Positions 29,115-39,105 of a stretch of 64,000 nt of DNA are shown here, piece by piece. The position numbers and the translations under genes were made by a program. The notes beneath the pieces are model-generated. The model saw only the letters and a list, made by a program, of their open reading frames with translations. It made no database searches and was not told where the DNA came from. Position 1 is the first letter of the stretch. Every line of letters begins with the position of its first letter. Origin of the DNA: Chloroflexota bacterium (GTDB taxonomy: Bacteria > Chloroflexota > Anaerolineae > JAAEKA01); the NCBI GenBank assembly GCA_034717495.1, contig JAYELL010000025.1, positions 25,900 through 89,899 of the forward strand, read 5' to 3'.

Positions 29115-30863
29115 TTGATGTCCGCCATCGTTCTGGACGACGTAAGCTTCGCCTATCCCTCCTATTCATCCGACACACCCCCCTCCAATCTTTTGCGGGG
29201 GCTGTCCCTTTCTGTTCCCAAGGGCCAGCGTATAGCTGTGATGAGCGCTATCGGCGCTGGCAAGACCACCCTGGCGCTCATTCTGACCGGCCTGGCCCCT
29301 GCCATGACAGGCGGAAAACTGCAAGGTTCTGTTTCTATCGACGGGCTGGATGCTCGCCTGATGTCGGCCGCTGAATTGAGCACCCACGTGGGACTGATTT
29401 TCCAGGAACCGGAACGGCAGTTGTTCACTATGGCTGTGGACCAGGAAGTTGCCTTTGGTCTGGAGGGCCTGGCCCTGGCACCTGTCGAAATTAGAGAGAG
29501 GGTGGCATGGATCCTTGACCGTACCGGGCTGACCGGTTTGGAGGACCGGCCACCATGGCAACTGTCTGGAGGCGAAAAGAAACGTCTAGCCATTGCTGCC
29601 GTACTGGCCATGGAACCCTCCGTCCTGGTACTGGACGAGCCCATGGCCGGATTGGACCCTCAGGGGCGTCGTCAGGTTGCCAGGCTGCTGGCAGAACTGA
29701 CCGGCATGACGCAGGTGGCCTTGGAAAAAAACGCTGAATTTGTTGCTCGCTGGGCCGATCGCGTTGTCGTTCTGGCTGATGGCAAGATCGCCATGGATGG
29801 TACGCCCCACGTCATCTTTCGAGACGTAGCCTCTCTGAAGGAACTGGGGATTGCCGTTCCGCAGATTGCCGAGCTGGCAGATCGACTGAGGCAGGCCGGT
29901 GAGCAGGTGGACTTTCTTACCGCCCAGGCTGCTTTTGATCGGCTGCCGCAGCAGTCATCTGACACAGGGCCGGTGACCATGCCAGCCGTCGATTGTGGGG
30001 AAAAGGCCGATGCCTCGCCCGAGCTTCGGTCCGGTGCAATAGACATTCGCGAGCTCGTATTCAGTTACGAAGACGGCCCTCGTGCACTTGACGGAGTCGC
30101 GCTTCAAGTGCCGGCTGGACAGTTTGTGGCAATCGTGGGGCCTAATGGCAGTGGAAAGAGTACCCTTGCGCGCCACTTGAATGGCCTGCTTCGTCCCCAA
30201 TCGGGAACGGTCAGCGTCAATGGCTTGCCCACCGAGGGGAGGCATGTCGGTGATCTTGCCAGGGATGTGGGCTATGTGTTTCAGAATCCCGATCACCAGA
30301 TCTTTGCTGCGACGGTACGGGAGGAGATAGCGTTCGGCGCCAGCAACCTGGGCTTTTCGGGCGATGCTCTGGAATCACGGGTCGACCAGGCACTTTCGGA
30401 CTTTGGCCTGGAAGCAGTCGCTGAAACACCCCCGGCGATCCTCAACTATGGCATGCGCAAGCTGGTTACGACAGCCTCCGTATGGGTCATGCAGCCATCT
30501 ATCTGGGTGTTGGACGAGCCCTTTGTCGGTCTTGACGGCCGCTATACAGGCGTATTGAAACAGCATCTGCAGTCGCTCCATGAGGACGGTTATACCATCG
30601 TGTTAATAAGCCACGATTTAAGCATCGTGGCTGAGGTCGCCGAGCGGCTGGTTGTTCTCAATCGAGGAGAGGTTGTGATGGATGGATCGGTGGCTTCGGT
30701 CCTGGCCAGGACGGGGGAGTTGGCTCGCTACGGCCTTCGTCCACCACCCATCACGCGTCTTTCCAGGCAACTCGCTCCCCTGGGGTTTCCCCACCCGATT
30801 CTGACGGTGGATCAGTTTATGCAGCAACGGCGATCCTATTCAGAGGCTCTTGTCCAGGGTTAA
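29115..30863 (+). CDS. ECF transporter fused tandem ATPase (EcfA-EcfA')
   Basis: Two ABC domains (Walker A GAGKTT / GPNGSGKST; LSGGEKKRL signature; Walker B). Confidence 0.9.
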   Translation: MMSAIVLDDVSFAYPSYSSDTPPSNLLRGLSLSVPKGQRIAVMSAIGAGKTTLALILTGLAPAMTGGKLQGSVSIDGLDARLMSAAELSTHVGLIFQEPERQLFTMAVDQEVAFGLEGLALAPVEIRERVAWILDRTGLTGLEDRPPWQLSGGEKKRLAIAAVLAMEPSVLVLDEPMAGLDPQGRRQVARLLAELTGMTQVALEKNAEFVARWADRVVVLADGKIAMDGTPHVIFRDVASLKELGIAVPQIAELADRLRQAGEQVDFLTAQAAFDRLPQQSSDTGPVTMPAVDCGEKADASPELRSGAIDIRELVFSYEDGPRALDGVALQVPAGQFVAIVGPNGSGKSTLARHLNGLLRPQSGTVSVNGLPTEGRHVGDLARDVGYVFQNPDHQIFAATVREEIAFGASNLGFSGDALESRVDQALSDFGLEAVAETPPAILNYGMRKLVTTASVWVMQPSIWVLDEPFVGLDGRYTGVLKQHLQSLHEDGYTIVLISHDLSIVAEVAERLVVLNRGEVVMDGSVASVLARTGELARYGLRPPPITRLSRQLAPLGFPHPILTVDQFMQQRRSYSEALVQG

Positions 30864-30869
30864 CCCCTG

Positions 30870-31682
30870 TTGTCAATCATTATGCTCTTTGACCTATACA
30901 CGCATCCGGAAGGCTGGCTTCATCGCCTGGATCCTCGCACCAAGATCGCTATTCTGCTCTTTGGTTCGGTGCTATTCGTCGTGATCAACAATGTGTGGTT
31001 GTTGGCAGGGCTGCTGGTGATCGTTCAATTGATGTTGCTGAGCTCGCATGTGCCTTTCCATGACATCGTTCGGGCGTGGCGACAATTGCTCAGGCTGATC
31101 GTCGTCGTCGTGCTGCTGTGGCCCTTTTTCGCCAGAACTGGCGACCCTGCGCTGTTTTCCATAGGCCCACTCACCGCAACCAGAACAGGTATCCTGATGG
31201 GTGTCACCACAGCCATGCGCATCGTGGGCACCTCGTTTCTCTTTTATCTCATCCTCTTTACGACCCGTCAAAATGACCTGGTGGCCGGGTTGCGTCGACT
31301 CGGGCTGCCTTTCGAGTGGGCACTGACACTGGCAACCGCTCTACGATTCATTCCCTCCTTCTCCGCAACCATCACCCAGATCCAGGCCGCTCAGGCTGCA
31401 CGCGGCTGGCAGGTAGATCGCGGGGACCTGATTGGGCGTTTTCGGGGCATGATCCCGGTGTTGACAGCCCTCATTATCAGCATATTACGTACCAGCGATA
31501 CCCTGGGAATGGCGCTGGCAGCCCGCGGTGTGGGCAGTGGACGCCCCCGCACCGTGTGGCAAGACGTGAAGATGCAGCCTCTGGATTGGATCGTGCTGGT
31601 GACCATCGGCTTTTTTTTCGTTTCTCTTTTGATCGCTCGGCTGAGATTCGGAATGGGCGCCGAACTCGTGGACGTGTTCTAG
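30870..31682 (+). CDS. ECF transporter transmembrane component EcfT (CbiQ family)
   Basis: CbiQ-like 5-6 TM protein directly after EcfAA'. Confidence 0.85.
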   Translation: MSIIMLFDLYTHPEGWLHRLDPRTKIAILLFGSVLFVVINNVWLLAGLLVIVQLMLLSSHVPFHDIVRAWRQLLRLIVVVVLLWPFFARTGDPALFSIGPLTATRTGILMGVTTAMRIVGTSFLFYLILFTTRQNDLVAGLRRLGLPFEWALTLATALRFIPSFSATITQIQAAQAARGWQVDRGDLIGRFRGMIPVLTALIISILRTSDTLGMALAARGVGSGRPRTVWQDVKMQPLDWIVLVTIGFFFVSLLIARLRFGMGAELVDVF

Positions 31683-31686
31683 GCTC

Positions 31687-32211
31687 ATGCAGGAAGCGAC
31701 CCTCTGTTTACTTCTGCAGGAAGGAAACCCTGGCGTACTCTTGTTGGGGAAGAAAAAGCGCGGTTTCGGTAAAGGAAAGATAGTCGGTTTTGGCGGCAAG
31801 ATTGAGCATGGAGAGACCAGTGCCATGGCCGCAGTACGGGAACTGGAGGAGGAAACAGGCCTTCGCGTGCGAGAGGATGAGTTACACCAGCTTGCCCGCC
31901 TGACCTTCCTGTTCCCTGCCAGGCCTGAGTGGAACCACCTGGTGGCTGTCTATGTGACGACCATCTGGCATGGCGATTTGACCGAGAGTCACGAAATCAC
32001 GCCGGCATGGTTCCGACTCGATGCGATCCCCTTCGAAGAAATGTGGGATGACGCCTATTACTGGATGCCCTACGTGTTGAACGGGAAACGTATCCAGGCC
32101 ACCTTCACCTTCAATGATGACAACGAATCCGTTGACCGTTACGTGATCGAGCCGTGGACTGGCAAAACAGACACAGTGAGAAAATCAGGTCCTTCAACGA
32201 GCGGGGTTTAG
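31687..32211 (+). CDS. NUDIX hydrolase (MutT/8-oxo-dGTPase-like)
   Basis: Nudix box GGKIEHGETSAMAAVRELEEETGL. Confidence 0.85.
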   Translation: MQEATLCLLLQEGNPGVLLLGKKKRGFGKGKIVGFGGKIEHGETSAMAAVRELEEETGLRVREDELHQLARLTFLFPARPEWNHLVAVYVTTIWHGDLTESHEITPAWFRLDAIPFEEMWDDAYYWMPYVLNGKRIQATFTFNDDNESVDRYVIEPWTGKTDTVRKSGPSTSGV

Positions 32212-33368
32212 GGCAGAAGACCGGCCTGGCTGAGACCGCTGAACAACTCCTGTGCCATGAGCCGGTGCCCCTCTTCGCTGGGATGGCCCATATCGAGAAA
32301 GACAGAGAGGTCGGGTCCGCTGGCAGCGCGCATGGCAGGCAGGGGATCGACCACGATCCAGCCATTTTGCGCTGCCCTGTCGCCAATTGCCTCTTGAAAG
32401 AGGGTATCGTCGATCCATGTCCGCGAGTCCTCGATGCCAGTATCTATCTGCCAGCGCATTGGAGAGACCAACAACACCAGCGGGACATCCTGTTCAGTGA
32501 CCGTGGCCTGGATATCATCCAGTAGCTGGGTCGTCCGATCCCAGCATACCTCGCTTGAATCGATCTTCCAGTCGCTGCCACAGGGTTCGTCGCTGCTGCC
32601 AGCCTGGTTGGATGATAAAACCCGTTGTGCCAGCCGAGCCAACATGCTGTAACGCGCCAGTCCTTTTTCGCCTCCCCTGTCCCAACCGAGCGTTCCCCAC
32701 AGGTTGTCTGCTGCGTCGTTGAGATGTAATTGCACGACGACAACATCTGGCTTGAGATCCATTCCGTTGGCATCCAGCCACAGCGCTTCCTGCCATGTAC
32801 TGTAACCGCTAACCCCAGCGTTGATAACTTCGAATCCCTGGTCCGGGCTTAAGGTAGCCAACAGACTGGCCAGCTGGCTGGGAAAGGTATCCTCGCCACG
32901 TACCCCCCAGCCGAAAGTGACTGAGTCGCCCAGGATGAGGATGCGATAGCTTCCCGCCGGCTTTGGATCCAGTACCTCCGGTGAACGCAGGCCGATGCTG
33001 TTGATGCGAATGGGAATATTGGCGCGTCCGACCTGCTCCATGATCTCATCAGGGAAAAAGCCCGACCAGTTGGGCATCATTTGATGGTGAAATCTGTCAT
33101 CGCCGATGTATAAGGGCTGATTACCACCTGGATCTTCCAGAGAGACCTGATCCTCGATCTCCTCCGGTGTGGGAATGTCCGCCAGGGTTGGCGCCAGATT
33201 GACCACGCCGACGCTGTCTGCCAGGCGCACCAATCCTTCCGCAAGGAAGAGGGAAACCACTATGGAGAAGAGTAGAATCGCCAGACCGGGCAGAAGTTGC
33301 CGTGCGGATCCTGTCTCAGTCTGTTCCGGTTCCGTTTCGTGTACGTTCTGGTCAGCTTGCTGTGCCAT
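32208..33368 (-). CDS. membrane-anchored SGNH/GDSL-family hydrolase
   Basis: N-terminal TM, GDSVTFG block I, SGNH fold motifs. Confidence 0.7.
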   Translation of the reverse strand: MAQQADQNVHETEPEQTETGSARQLLPGLAILLFSIVVSLFLAEGLVRLADSVGVVNLAPTLADIPTPEEIEDQVSLEDPGGNQPLYIGDDRFHHQMMPNWSGFFPDEIMEQVGRANIPIRINSIGLRSPEVLDPKPAGSYRILILGDSVTFGWGVRGEDTFPSQLASLLATLSPDQGFEVINAGVSGYSTWQEALWLDANGMDLKPDVVVVQLHLNDAADNLWGTLGWDRGGEKGLARYSMLARLAQRVLSSNQAGSSDEPCGSDWKIDSSEVCWDRTTQLLDDIQATVTEQDVPLVLLVSPMRWQIDTGIEDSRTWIDDTLFQEAIGDRAAQNGWIVVDPLPAMRAASGPDLSVFLDMGHPSEEGHRLMAQELFSGLSQAGLLP

Positions 33369-34356
33369 TGAGCCTTTCTTCAGGGATGCTTACATCCAGG
33401 AGATGTGTGGTGTGAATGTGCCGTCGGGTACGGGTTTCGGCGCGCAATACCAGGGATTCCGTCTCGGCCACCGTGCCATGGTATATCGCACCGGAAAGCA
33501 GCAAGCCGTCGGTGATACCGGTAGCGGCAAAAAAGATCTCGTCGGTTCTGACCAATTCGTCGCAGTCGACGACCTGTTTTGGATCGAGTCCCGCGGCTTG
33601 AACAGCAGTCCACTCAGATTCGCTTTGTGGGGCCAATCGACCCAGCATATGCCCGCCCAATGACTTCACTGCACAGGCCGAAATGACACCTTCTGAAATG
33701 CCTCCAACTCCCATGAGAATATCAACATTGGATGTGGGGTGAGCCGCTATCAGAGCGCCGGCAACATCGCCATCGGAACGCAGAAGAACCCGAGCGCCGG
33801 CAGAACGTATCTCTTCCACCAAATCTCGATGCCGGGGGCGATCCAGAATGAAGACCACCAGGTCCCGTACCGATTTTCTTTTTACCCGGGCTACCAGGGC
33901 AAGGGTCCAGGCAGCAGGTGCGTCCATGCATTCCGGAACCAGTGCGTCGGCCGCAGCATAATCTACCACGATCTTTTCCATGTAGGCGGCCGGTGCAGGT
34001 GCCCACATGGTATCCCTTGGCGCTACCCCGACAACTGAGATAGCGTCCGAATACCCCAGGGCCAAACGATTCCTGCCATCGATGGGATCGACGACAACGT
34101 CCACTTCCGGCCCCTCACCGTTTCCGACGCGGGTTCCACTGTCCAACAGGGAATGTTGGCCAAGTCTACCCTCCTCGCCAATTACAATCCGCCCTTCCAT
34201 CGAAAGAGAGTTCAACGCGCGAAACATGGCTTCAGAGGCTTCATTGTCTGCCGCATCAGGGTTTCCGAGACCCATCCAGCGTCCGGCTTTCAGGGCAGCT
34301 GCTTCGGTAACCCTAACCAGATCCAGACCCAGATTACGGGGGGGATGATCTGACAT
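33352..34356 (-). CDS. glpX: class II fructose-1,6-bisphosphatase (GlpX)
   Basis: Full-length GlpX homology (VVDPIDGRN..., GGHMLGRL...); start MMSDHPP. Confidence 0.85.
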   Translation of the reverse strand: MSDHPPRNLGLDLVRVTEAAALKAGRWMGLGNPDAADNEASEAMFRALNSLSMEGRIVIGEEGRLGQHSLLDSGTRVGNGEGPEVDVVVDPIDGRNRLALGYSDAISVVGVAPRDTMWAPAPAAYMEKIVVDYAAADALVPECMDAPAAWTLALVARVKRKSVRDLVVFILDRPRHRDLVEEIRSAGARVLLRSDGDVAGALIAAHPTSNVDILMGVGGISEGVISACAVKSLGGHMLGRLAPQSESEWTAVQAAGLDPKQVVDCDELVRTDEIFFAATGITDGLLLSGAIYHGTVAETESLVLRAETRTRRHIHTTHLLDVSIPEERLNGTAS

Positions 34357-34399
34357 CATTATAACTCCTGTGAGCAAAGTTGGCGAAAATCGTCCACTT

Positions 34400-36574
34400 T
34401 TAATCAACTGCTTCCAGTAGCTTCGCTGCTTCCCAGGCCACCAGCCCACCCTCCAGAACCATCACGTTCTCGTAGCCCTCGCTTCGTAGTTTCTGGGCTG
34501 CCCGGGTACTGCGACGGCCAGTTTGGCACGTCAGCACGACCGGACGATCCGACGGGATTTCGACCCCGTTCATCAAAATCTGGGGCAACGGCAGAAGCTC
34601 AGCCTGGGGAACATGTGCTCGACGGTACTCCCTCGGTTCCCTTACGTCCAGGACCAGGGGTGGACCCTCGCTGCTCAGCTCTTTCCACAGATCCGCGGGA
34701 GCGATGGTGGGAATCGAGCTAGCGGGAACAGCGGTGTGGAGCGCAGGATCCACCGGCAGCGTGCGTTTCGGGAGGTTTTGGCATTCTTTGAAGACCCGAA
34801 CCTCACATTCATAGATACATATGGCAGGATCCAACACCTTATGGAAAAGGTATCCCAGGGCTCCATCCTCATCCAGGATATGGTCCGTTCCAACCATGTC
34901 AATGAAATCGACCGATTCCATCAACTCCAGTACCGGTTCTCTAACTCGAACGAAGAAGACATCGCCGCCCATATCCCGGTAGATGCGCACGACATTTTCC
35001 AGCATGTGAATGCCGCTGATATCGATCTCGTTCACGCTGTGCATGCGGAGGACGAGATAGCGCTGACCAGGATGGGCGTCCAGATTCTCGATAATCGCAT
35101 CCTCTATGTTGTTGGCTGCGCCAAAATAGATGTCGCCCATGATCTCCAGCATACCCAGTTGAGGGCAGGCAGGTCGTGCTTCGCTTCCGGAACTACTGAC
35201 CTCCTCAACCATGTGCTGATAGCTCTCATCGGGCACGACCGAGCGAACCTGGGGTACACTTGTGCGCCAAAGGTAGAAGGCCAGGGACATCAGGATGCCT
35301 GTTAAAACGGCAAATTGAAGGGGAAGCAACAGGGTCGCAAGCAGGGTCGCAAGCATTATGATCTTGTCCCCCTGGGTGCCTTGCCAGATGCGACTGATCT
35401 CAGCGCGATCGATCATACCCAACGCTGTCACGATCAAGACAGCTGCCAGCGCTGTGCGGGGCACATAGGTGGCCATCGGAGCCACCGCCAGCATGATGAC
35501 CATGACAAGAAGCCCGGAGATTACTGAAGCCACCTGTGAGCGCGCCCCTGACTCGAAGTTTACGGCGGAACGGGTGAATGAACCAGAACATGGATAGCCA
35601 GAAAAGAAACCGCACGCGATATTGGCGAGACCCTGCCCGATGAACTCCTGATTGCTGTCCAATCGCTGCCCGGTCTGGCTGGCGATAGAGCGCGAGATGG
35701 ACATAGCTTCAATCAAACCGATAACCGACACGGCCAGCGCACCGGTTGAGAGATCGGCGATCAACTCAAAATTAAAGATCGGCGGAACAGCGAACTGCGG
35801 CAACGTGCGTGGCAATTCGCCCAGCACCCTGACTCCTTGTTGGTCCGCACCCGATAGGGCCACGACCACTGAGGCCGCTATCATGCCGAGCAGGGGTGCC
35901 GGCAGCTTGGGCCAGAATCGTCGTATCAACAGGATCAAGATCAGCGTGCCGATACCCAGGAGGATGGTCTGGGCATGCGTTTCTGGCAGGTGGATGATAA
36001 TTGCCCCGGAGGTCGTGATCAGGCTGGGAGAACTGGGAATATTCAGGCCCAACAGGTGACTCAGCTGACTGACACAGATTAGTATTCCCGCACCGGCAGT
36101 AAAGCCAACAACCACGGAATCTGACACAAAGTTTACGAGAACGCCAAGCCCTGCCAGGCCCATCACGAGGCGAAAGACCCCTATCATGACCGCCATCAGG
36201 GCCGCTGCCGCCACATATTCCTGCGGTCCGGCCACGGCGAGAGGCAGCAAGACCGAAAGAGCCAACAAGGACGATGTGTTGGTGGGGCCTGTATGGAGTT
36301 GATGGGATGACCCCCAGAGCGCGCCGACGATAGCTGCGACGACGGCTGTGTACAGGCCGACTTGTGGTGGCAAGTCGGCAACCAGCGCAAATACGATGGC
36401 TTGTGGCACCAACACCACAGCCACCGTTAAACCAGCGATGAAATCGGGGCGAAAATTGCTGCGATCGTATGATCGGAGGATACGAGCGGGTTGGAAAAAG
36501 AAGGAGGACGCCTTGCCCAGACTTGCCAGGAGCGACTTATCCAGAGGTCGGCGCTGGGCCACACTACCTTCCAC
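34400..36574 (-). CDS. SulP-family anion transporter fused to STAS and C-terminal rhodanese domains
   Basis: SulP TM core, STAS region (YLVLRMHSVNEIDISGIHMLENV), rhodanese (LVLDVREPREY...LTCQTGRRS active-site Cys loop). Confidence 0.8.
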   Translation of the reverse strand: MEGSVAQRRPLDKSLLASLGKASSFFFQPARILRSYDRSNFRPDFIAGLTVAVVLVPQAIVFALVADLPPQVGLYTAVVAAIVGALWGSSHQLHTGPTNTSSLLALSVLLPLAVAGPQEYVAAAALMAVMIGVFRLVMGLAGLGVLVNFVSDSVVVGFTAGAGILICVSQLSHLLGLNIPSSPSLITTSGAIIIHLPETHAQTILLGIGTLILILLIRRFWPKLPAPLLGMIAASVVVALSGADQQGVRVLGELPRTLPQFAVPPIFNFELIADLSTGALAVSVIGLIEAMSISRSIASQTGQRLDSNQEFIGQGLANIACGFFSGYPCSGSFTRSAVNFESGARSQVASVISGLLVMVIMLAVAPMATYVPRTALAAVLIVTALGMIDRAEISRIWQGTQGDKIIMLATLLATLLLPLQFAVLTGILMSLAFYLWRTSVPQVRSVVPDESYQHMVEEVSSSGSEARPACPQLGMLEIMGDIYFGAANNIEDAIIENLDAHPGQRYLVLRMHSVNEIDISGIHMLENVVRIYRDMGGDVFFVRVREPVLELMESVDFIDMVGTDHILDEDGALGYLFHKVLDPAICIYECEVRVFKECQNLPKRTLPVDPALHTAVPASSIPTIAPADLWKELSSEGPPLVLDVREPREYRRAHVPQAELLPLPQILMNGVEIPSDRPVVLTCQTGRRSTRAAQKLRSEGYENVMVLEGGLVAWEAAKLLEAVD

Positions 36575-36817
36575 GGCCTGCCGGTCCTTTGGTTCCAGGT
36601 CTACGCGATGGCTTCGGATGCGGCGATATTATTCTGCAACCTGAATCGATCCATCGAACCCGATCGGCCAGAGCAGCATGGGTGTGGTTGGGAAAAGGCT
36701 TGGCGTTGCGATAGGCGATATAACCACAAGTAATACAGACCACTCGCCGCCGTTGATCGCCGGGCGGCAGACGTTCCTCCAATGCCTGACCACAGTGCGG
36801 ACAATAGAGGGGAAACA
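36575..36817 (-). CDS. small zinc-ribbon protein (hypothetical)
   Basis: CPHCG...(18)...CITCG four-Cys ribbon right after start MFPLY; no SD, TACAAT 6 nt upstream (possible leaderless); 3' end uncertain. Confidence 0.3.
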
Positions 36818-37009
36818 TGAGCAAATTGTAACACAAGGCTTGTGAAATGGGAAGGGTTGAAACCTTGACAAACAGGATGGTTCGATCTAGAATTGCCTCG
36901 CGAGCGAAGGCTCGCATCAGGGTTCCTGATGGCTCTGCCCATCTAGCCACGTTGCAGCCACTGTGAGGGCAATGTCACTGGAAAGTCCTCGTCCCGCATC
37001 GTCCGGTTC

Positions 37010-37798
37010 ATGGTCGTCCAGTTTATTATGTCGGTTAATACATCACCCAGATCTAACAATGTTCAGCAAGAGAACCAGCCTCCTGGTCAAATGCGTGCCA
37101 GCGGCGGTGCTTTGCCTAACCTGCTGCTCTACGTAAATCGTCAGGCGAGCAACCCTTTGCGATATGCTTGGGAACAGGCGATCATGGCACTGATCGGCTG
37201 GATTCCCACGGTTGTGGGGGTTGCATTGCGCTCCGCCCTTTACCGGTTTATTCTGCGCATGGACGGTGTGGCTGCTGTCGAAAACAGTGTGCGGCTGCGT
37301 TTTGCCAGCAATATCAGGTTGGGTGACGGTGTCTATCTGGATCAGGGCAGCTATCTGCATGCAACCCCTGGCGGAATCGAGATTGGTAGCGGTAGTTTCG
37401 TCATGCACGGGGCTGTTTTGCATGTCTACAATTTTCGTGCTTTGCCCCACGCCTTTATTCGTATTGGCGAGGATAGTCTGATTGGCGAATACTGTGTGTT
37501 GCGAGGGCAGGGCGGCATCTCCATTGGTGATCGGGTCTATTTTGCCCCTCAGGTTCAGGTGTTGGCGGTGAATCACAACTACGACGATCCGAAAAGACCG
37601 ATGGTAGATCAGGGCCTCACCGCGGACGGAATTGTGATCGAGGACGATGTTTGGATCGGAGCCGGTGCTATCATCACCGATGGCGTGCATATCGGCAAGC
37701 GTTCAATCGTTGCGGCTGGAGCCGTGGTTACCTCGGACGTGCCGGACCGAACTGTAGTGGGTGGTGTGCCAGCCCGCCCTTTGAAGACCCTGTCCTGA
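37010..37798 (+). CDS. left-handed beta-helix (hexapeptide-repeat) O-acetyltransferase, WcaF/NeuD-like
   Basis: Hexapeptide repeats ([13 protein letters not shown]...[27 protein letters not shown]). Confidence 0.8.
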   Translation: MVVQFIMSVNTSPRSNNVQQENQPPGQMRASGGALPNLLLYVNRQASNPLRYAWEQAIMALIGWIPTVVGVALRSALYRFILRMDGVAAVENSVRLRFASNIRLGDGVYLDQGSYLHATPGGIEIGSGSFVMHGAVLHVYNFRALPHAFIRIGEDSLIGEYCVLRGQGGISIGDRVYFAPQVQVLAVNHNYDDPKRPMVDQGLTADGIVIEDDVWIGAGAIITDGVHIGKRSIVAAGAVVTSDVPDRTVVGGVPARPLKTLS

Positions 37799-37859
37799 TG
37801 TCGCGAATGGATTATCCACGCACACTGTGCAAAAAAAAGAAGAAATGGGAGATTTCTCC

Positions 37860-39062
37860 ATGACAACACTTTCCGTCGTCATTCCGGCTCTTAACGAAGA
37901 AGACGGCATTGCGGAAATAATGGCGCGGGTGCTGGCGGTTGGTTCCGACCTGGCGTCCATGGGCGTCGATGATCTGGAGTTGATCGTGGTAGATGACGGT
38001 TCCACCGACCGCACCGCTGAGATCGTGGAATCCACACCGGGCGTAAAGCTTGTGCAGCATCCGGTGAACAAAGGTTATGGTGCCGCTCTGAAATCGGGTT
38101 TTCGTTCAGCCGAAGGTGAGTTTTTGGGCTTTCTTGATGCTGATGGCACCTATCCGCCCGAGTATTTCCCTCAGTTGTGCCAGGTTTTGCTGCAAAATGG
38201 CAACGATATTGTCGTGGGGTCGAGAATGGCTGGCGCTGACAGCGATATGCCAATGACCCGCCGTATCGGCAATACCGTTTTTGCCAGCATGATCAGTATT
38301 CTCAGCCGTCAACGGATCACTGATAGCGCCAGCGGTATGCGGGTTTTCCGTCGAGAGGCCCTTGAGAAGCTCTATCCGCTGCCCGATGGCCTCAACTTCA
38401 CACCGATCATGAGTACTCGCGCCCTTCACGAGGATATTCACATGGTGGAGGTGCCGATTCCCTACAGCGAGCGAGTGGGCGATTCCAAGCTTAGCGTCGT
38501 ACGGGATGGAACTCGCTACGTCCAGACCATTACCTGGACGGCGATGAACTACAATCCTGTGCGAATTTTGGGTGGCCTGGGTCTTATTGCACTGGGCCTG
38601 GCAGGCGTGATCGCACTGGTCACCTTCGTTGCCCGGCTTAGCGGGGTGACTGAGGTCGGTCCTATTGGAGCGTTTGCCCTGTTTTCGATGATGATATTGG
38701 CAATGACCGGAGTCAGTCTCTTCAACCTGGGGGCAACTTTCAATTATCTCGTGTCTCTATTTCACCATCGCCCCGTCAAGCAGGGGTTGTTCGGTAAGCC
38801 GATTTTTGATCCATCCCTGGATCGCCATTTTTGGTGGATGGGATTGCTCTTGGGCGTTGCCGGGCTTTTGCTGGGCGTTGCGAGTCTGATTATGGCGCTC
38901 AACGGCTGGCCCGCGGGCAAGATGTGGTTTTACTACCTTCTCAGCGCTGTACTCTTTCTCTTGGGACTCCAGTTTGTCATGTCGTGGATTCTGATGCGGG
39001 TTCTCGAGGAGTTGAGTGAGCGTGATGCGCTGGCAGCTAAGGACCTTGGTACCAAGTTTTAG
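37860..39062 (+). CDS. GT2 polyprenyl-phosphate sugar synthase (DPM1/GtrB-like) with C-terminal TM anchor
   Basis: LSVVIPALNEE, VVDDGSTDRT, DAD motifs; 4 C-terminal TM helices as in GtrB/ArnC. Confidence 0.8.
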   Translation: MTTLSVVIPALNEEDGIAEIMARVLAVGSDLASMGVDDLELIVVDDGSTDRTAEIVESTPGVKLVQHPVNKGYGAALKSGFRSAEGEFLGFLDADGTYPPEYFPQLCQVLLQNGNDIVVGSRMAGADSDMPMTRRIGNTVFASMISILSRQRITDSASGMRVFRREALEKLYPLPDGLNFTPIMSTRALHEDIHMVEVPIPYSERVGDSKLSVVRDGTRYVQTITWTAMNYNPVRILGGLGLIALGLAGVIALVTFVARLSGVTEVGPIGAFALFSMMILAMTGVSLFNLGATFNYLVSLFHHRPVKQGLFGKPIFDPSLDRHFWWMGLLLGVAGLLLGVASLIMALNGWPAGKMWFYYLLSAVLFLLGLQFVMSWILMRVLEELSERDALAAKDLGTKF

Positions 39063-39105
39063 TGTTTGAGGGGATAACGTCTGAGGTGAAAGTGGAGAGT
39101 TCGAT

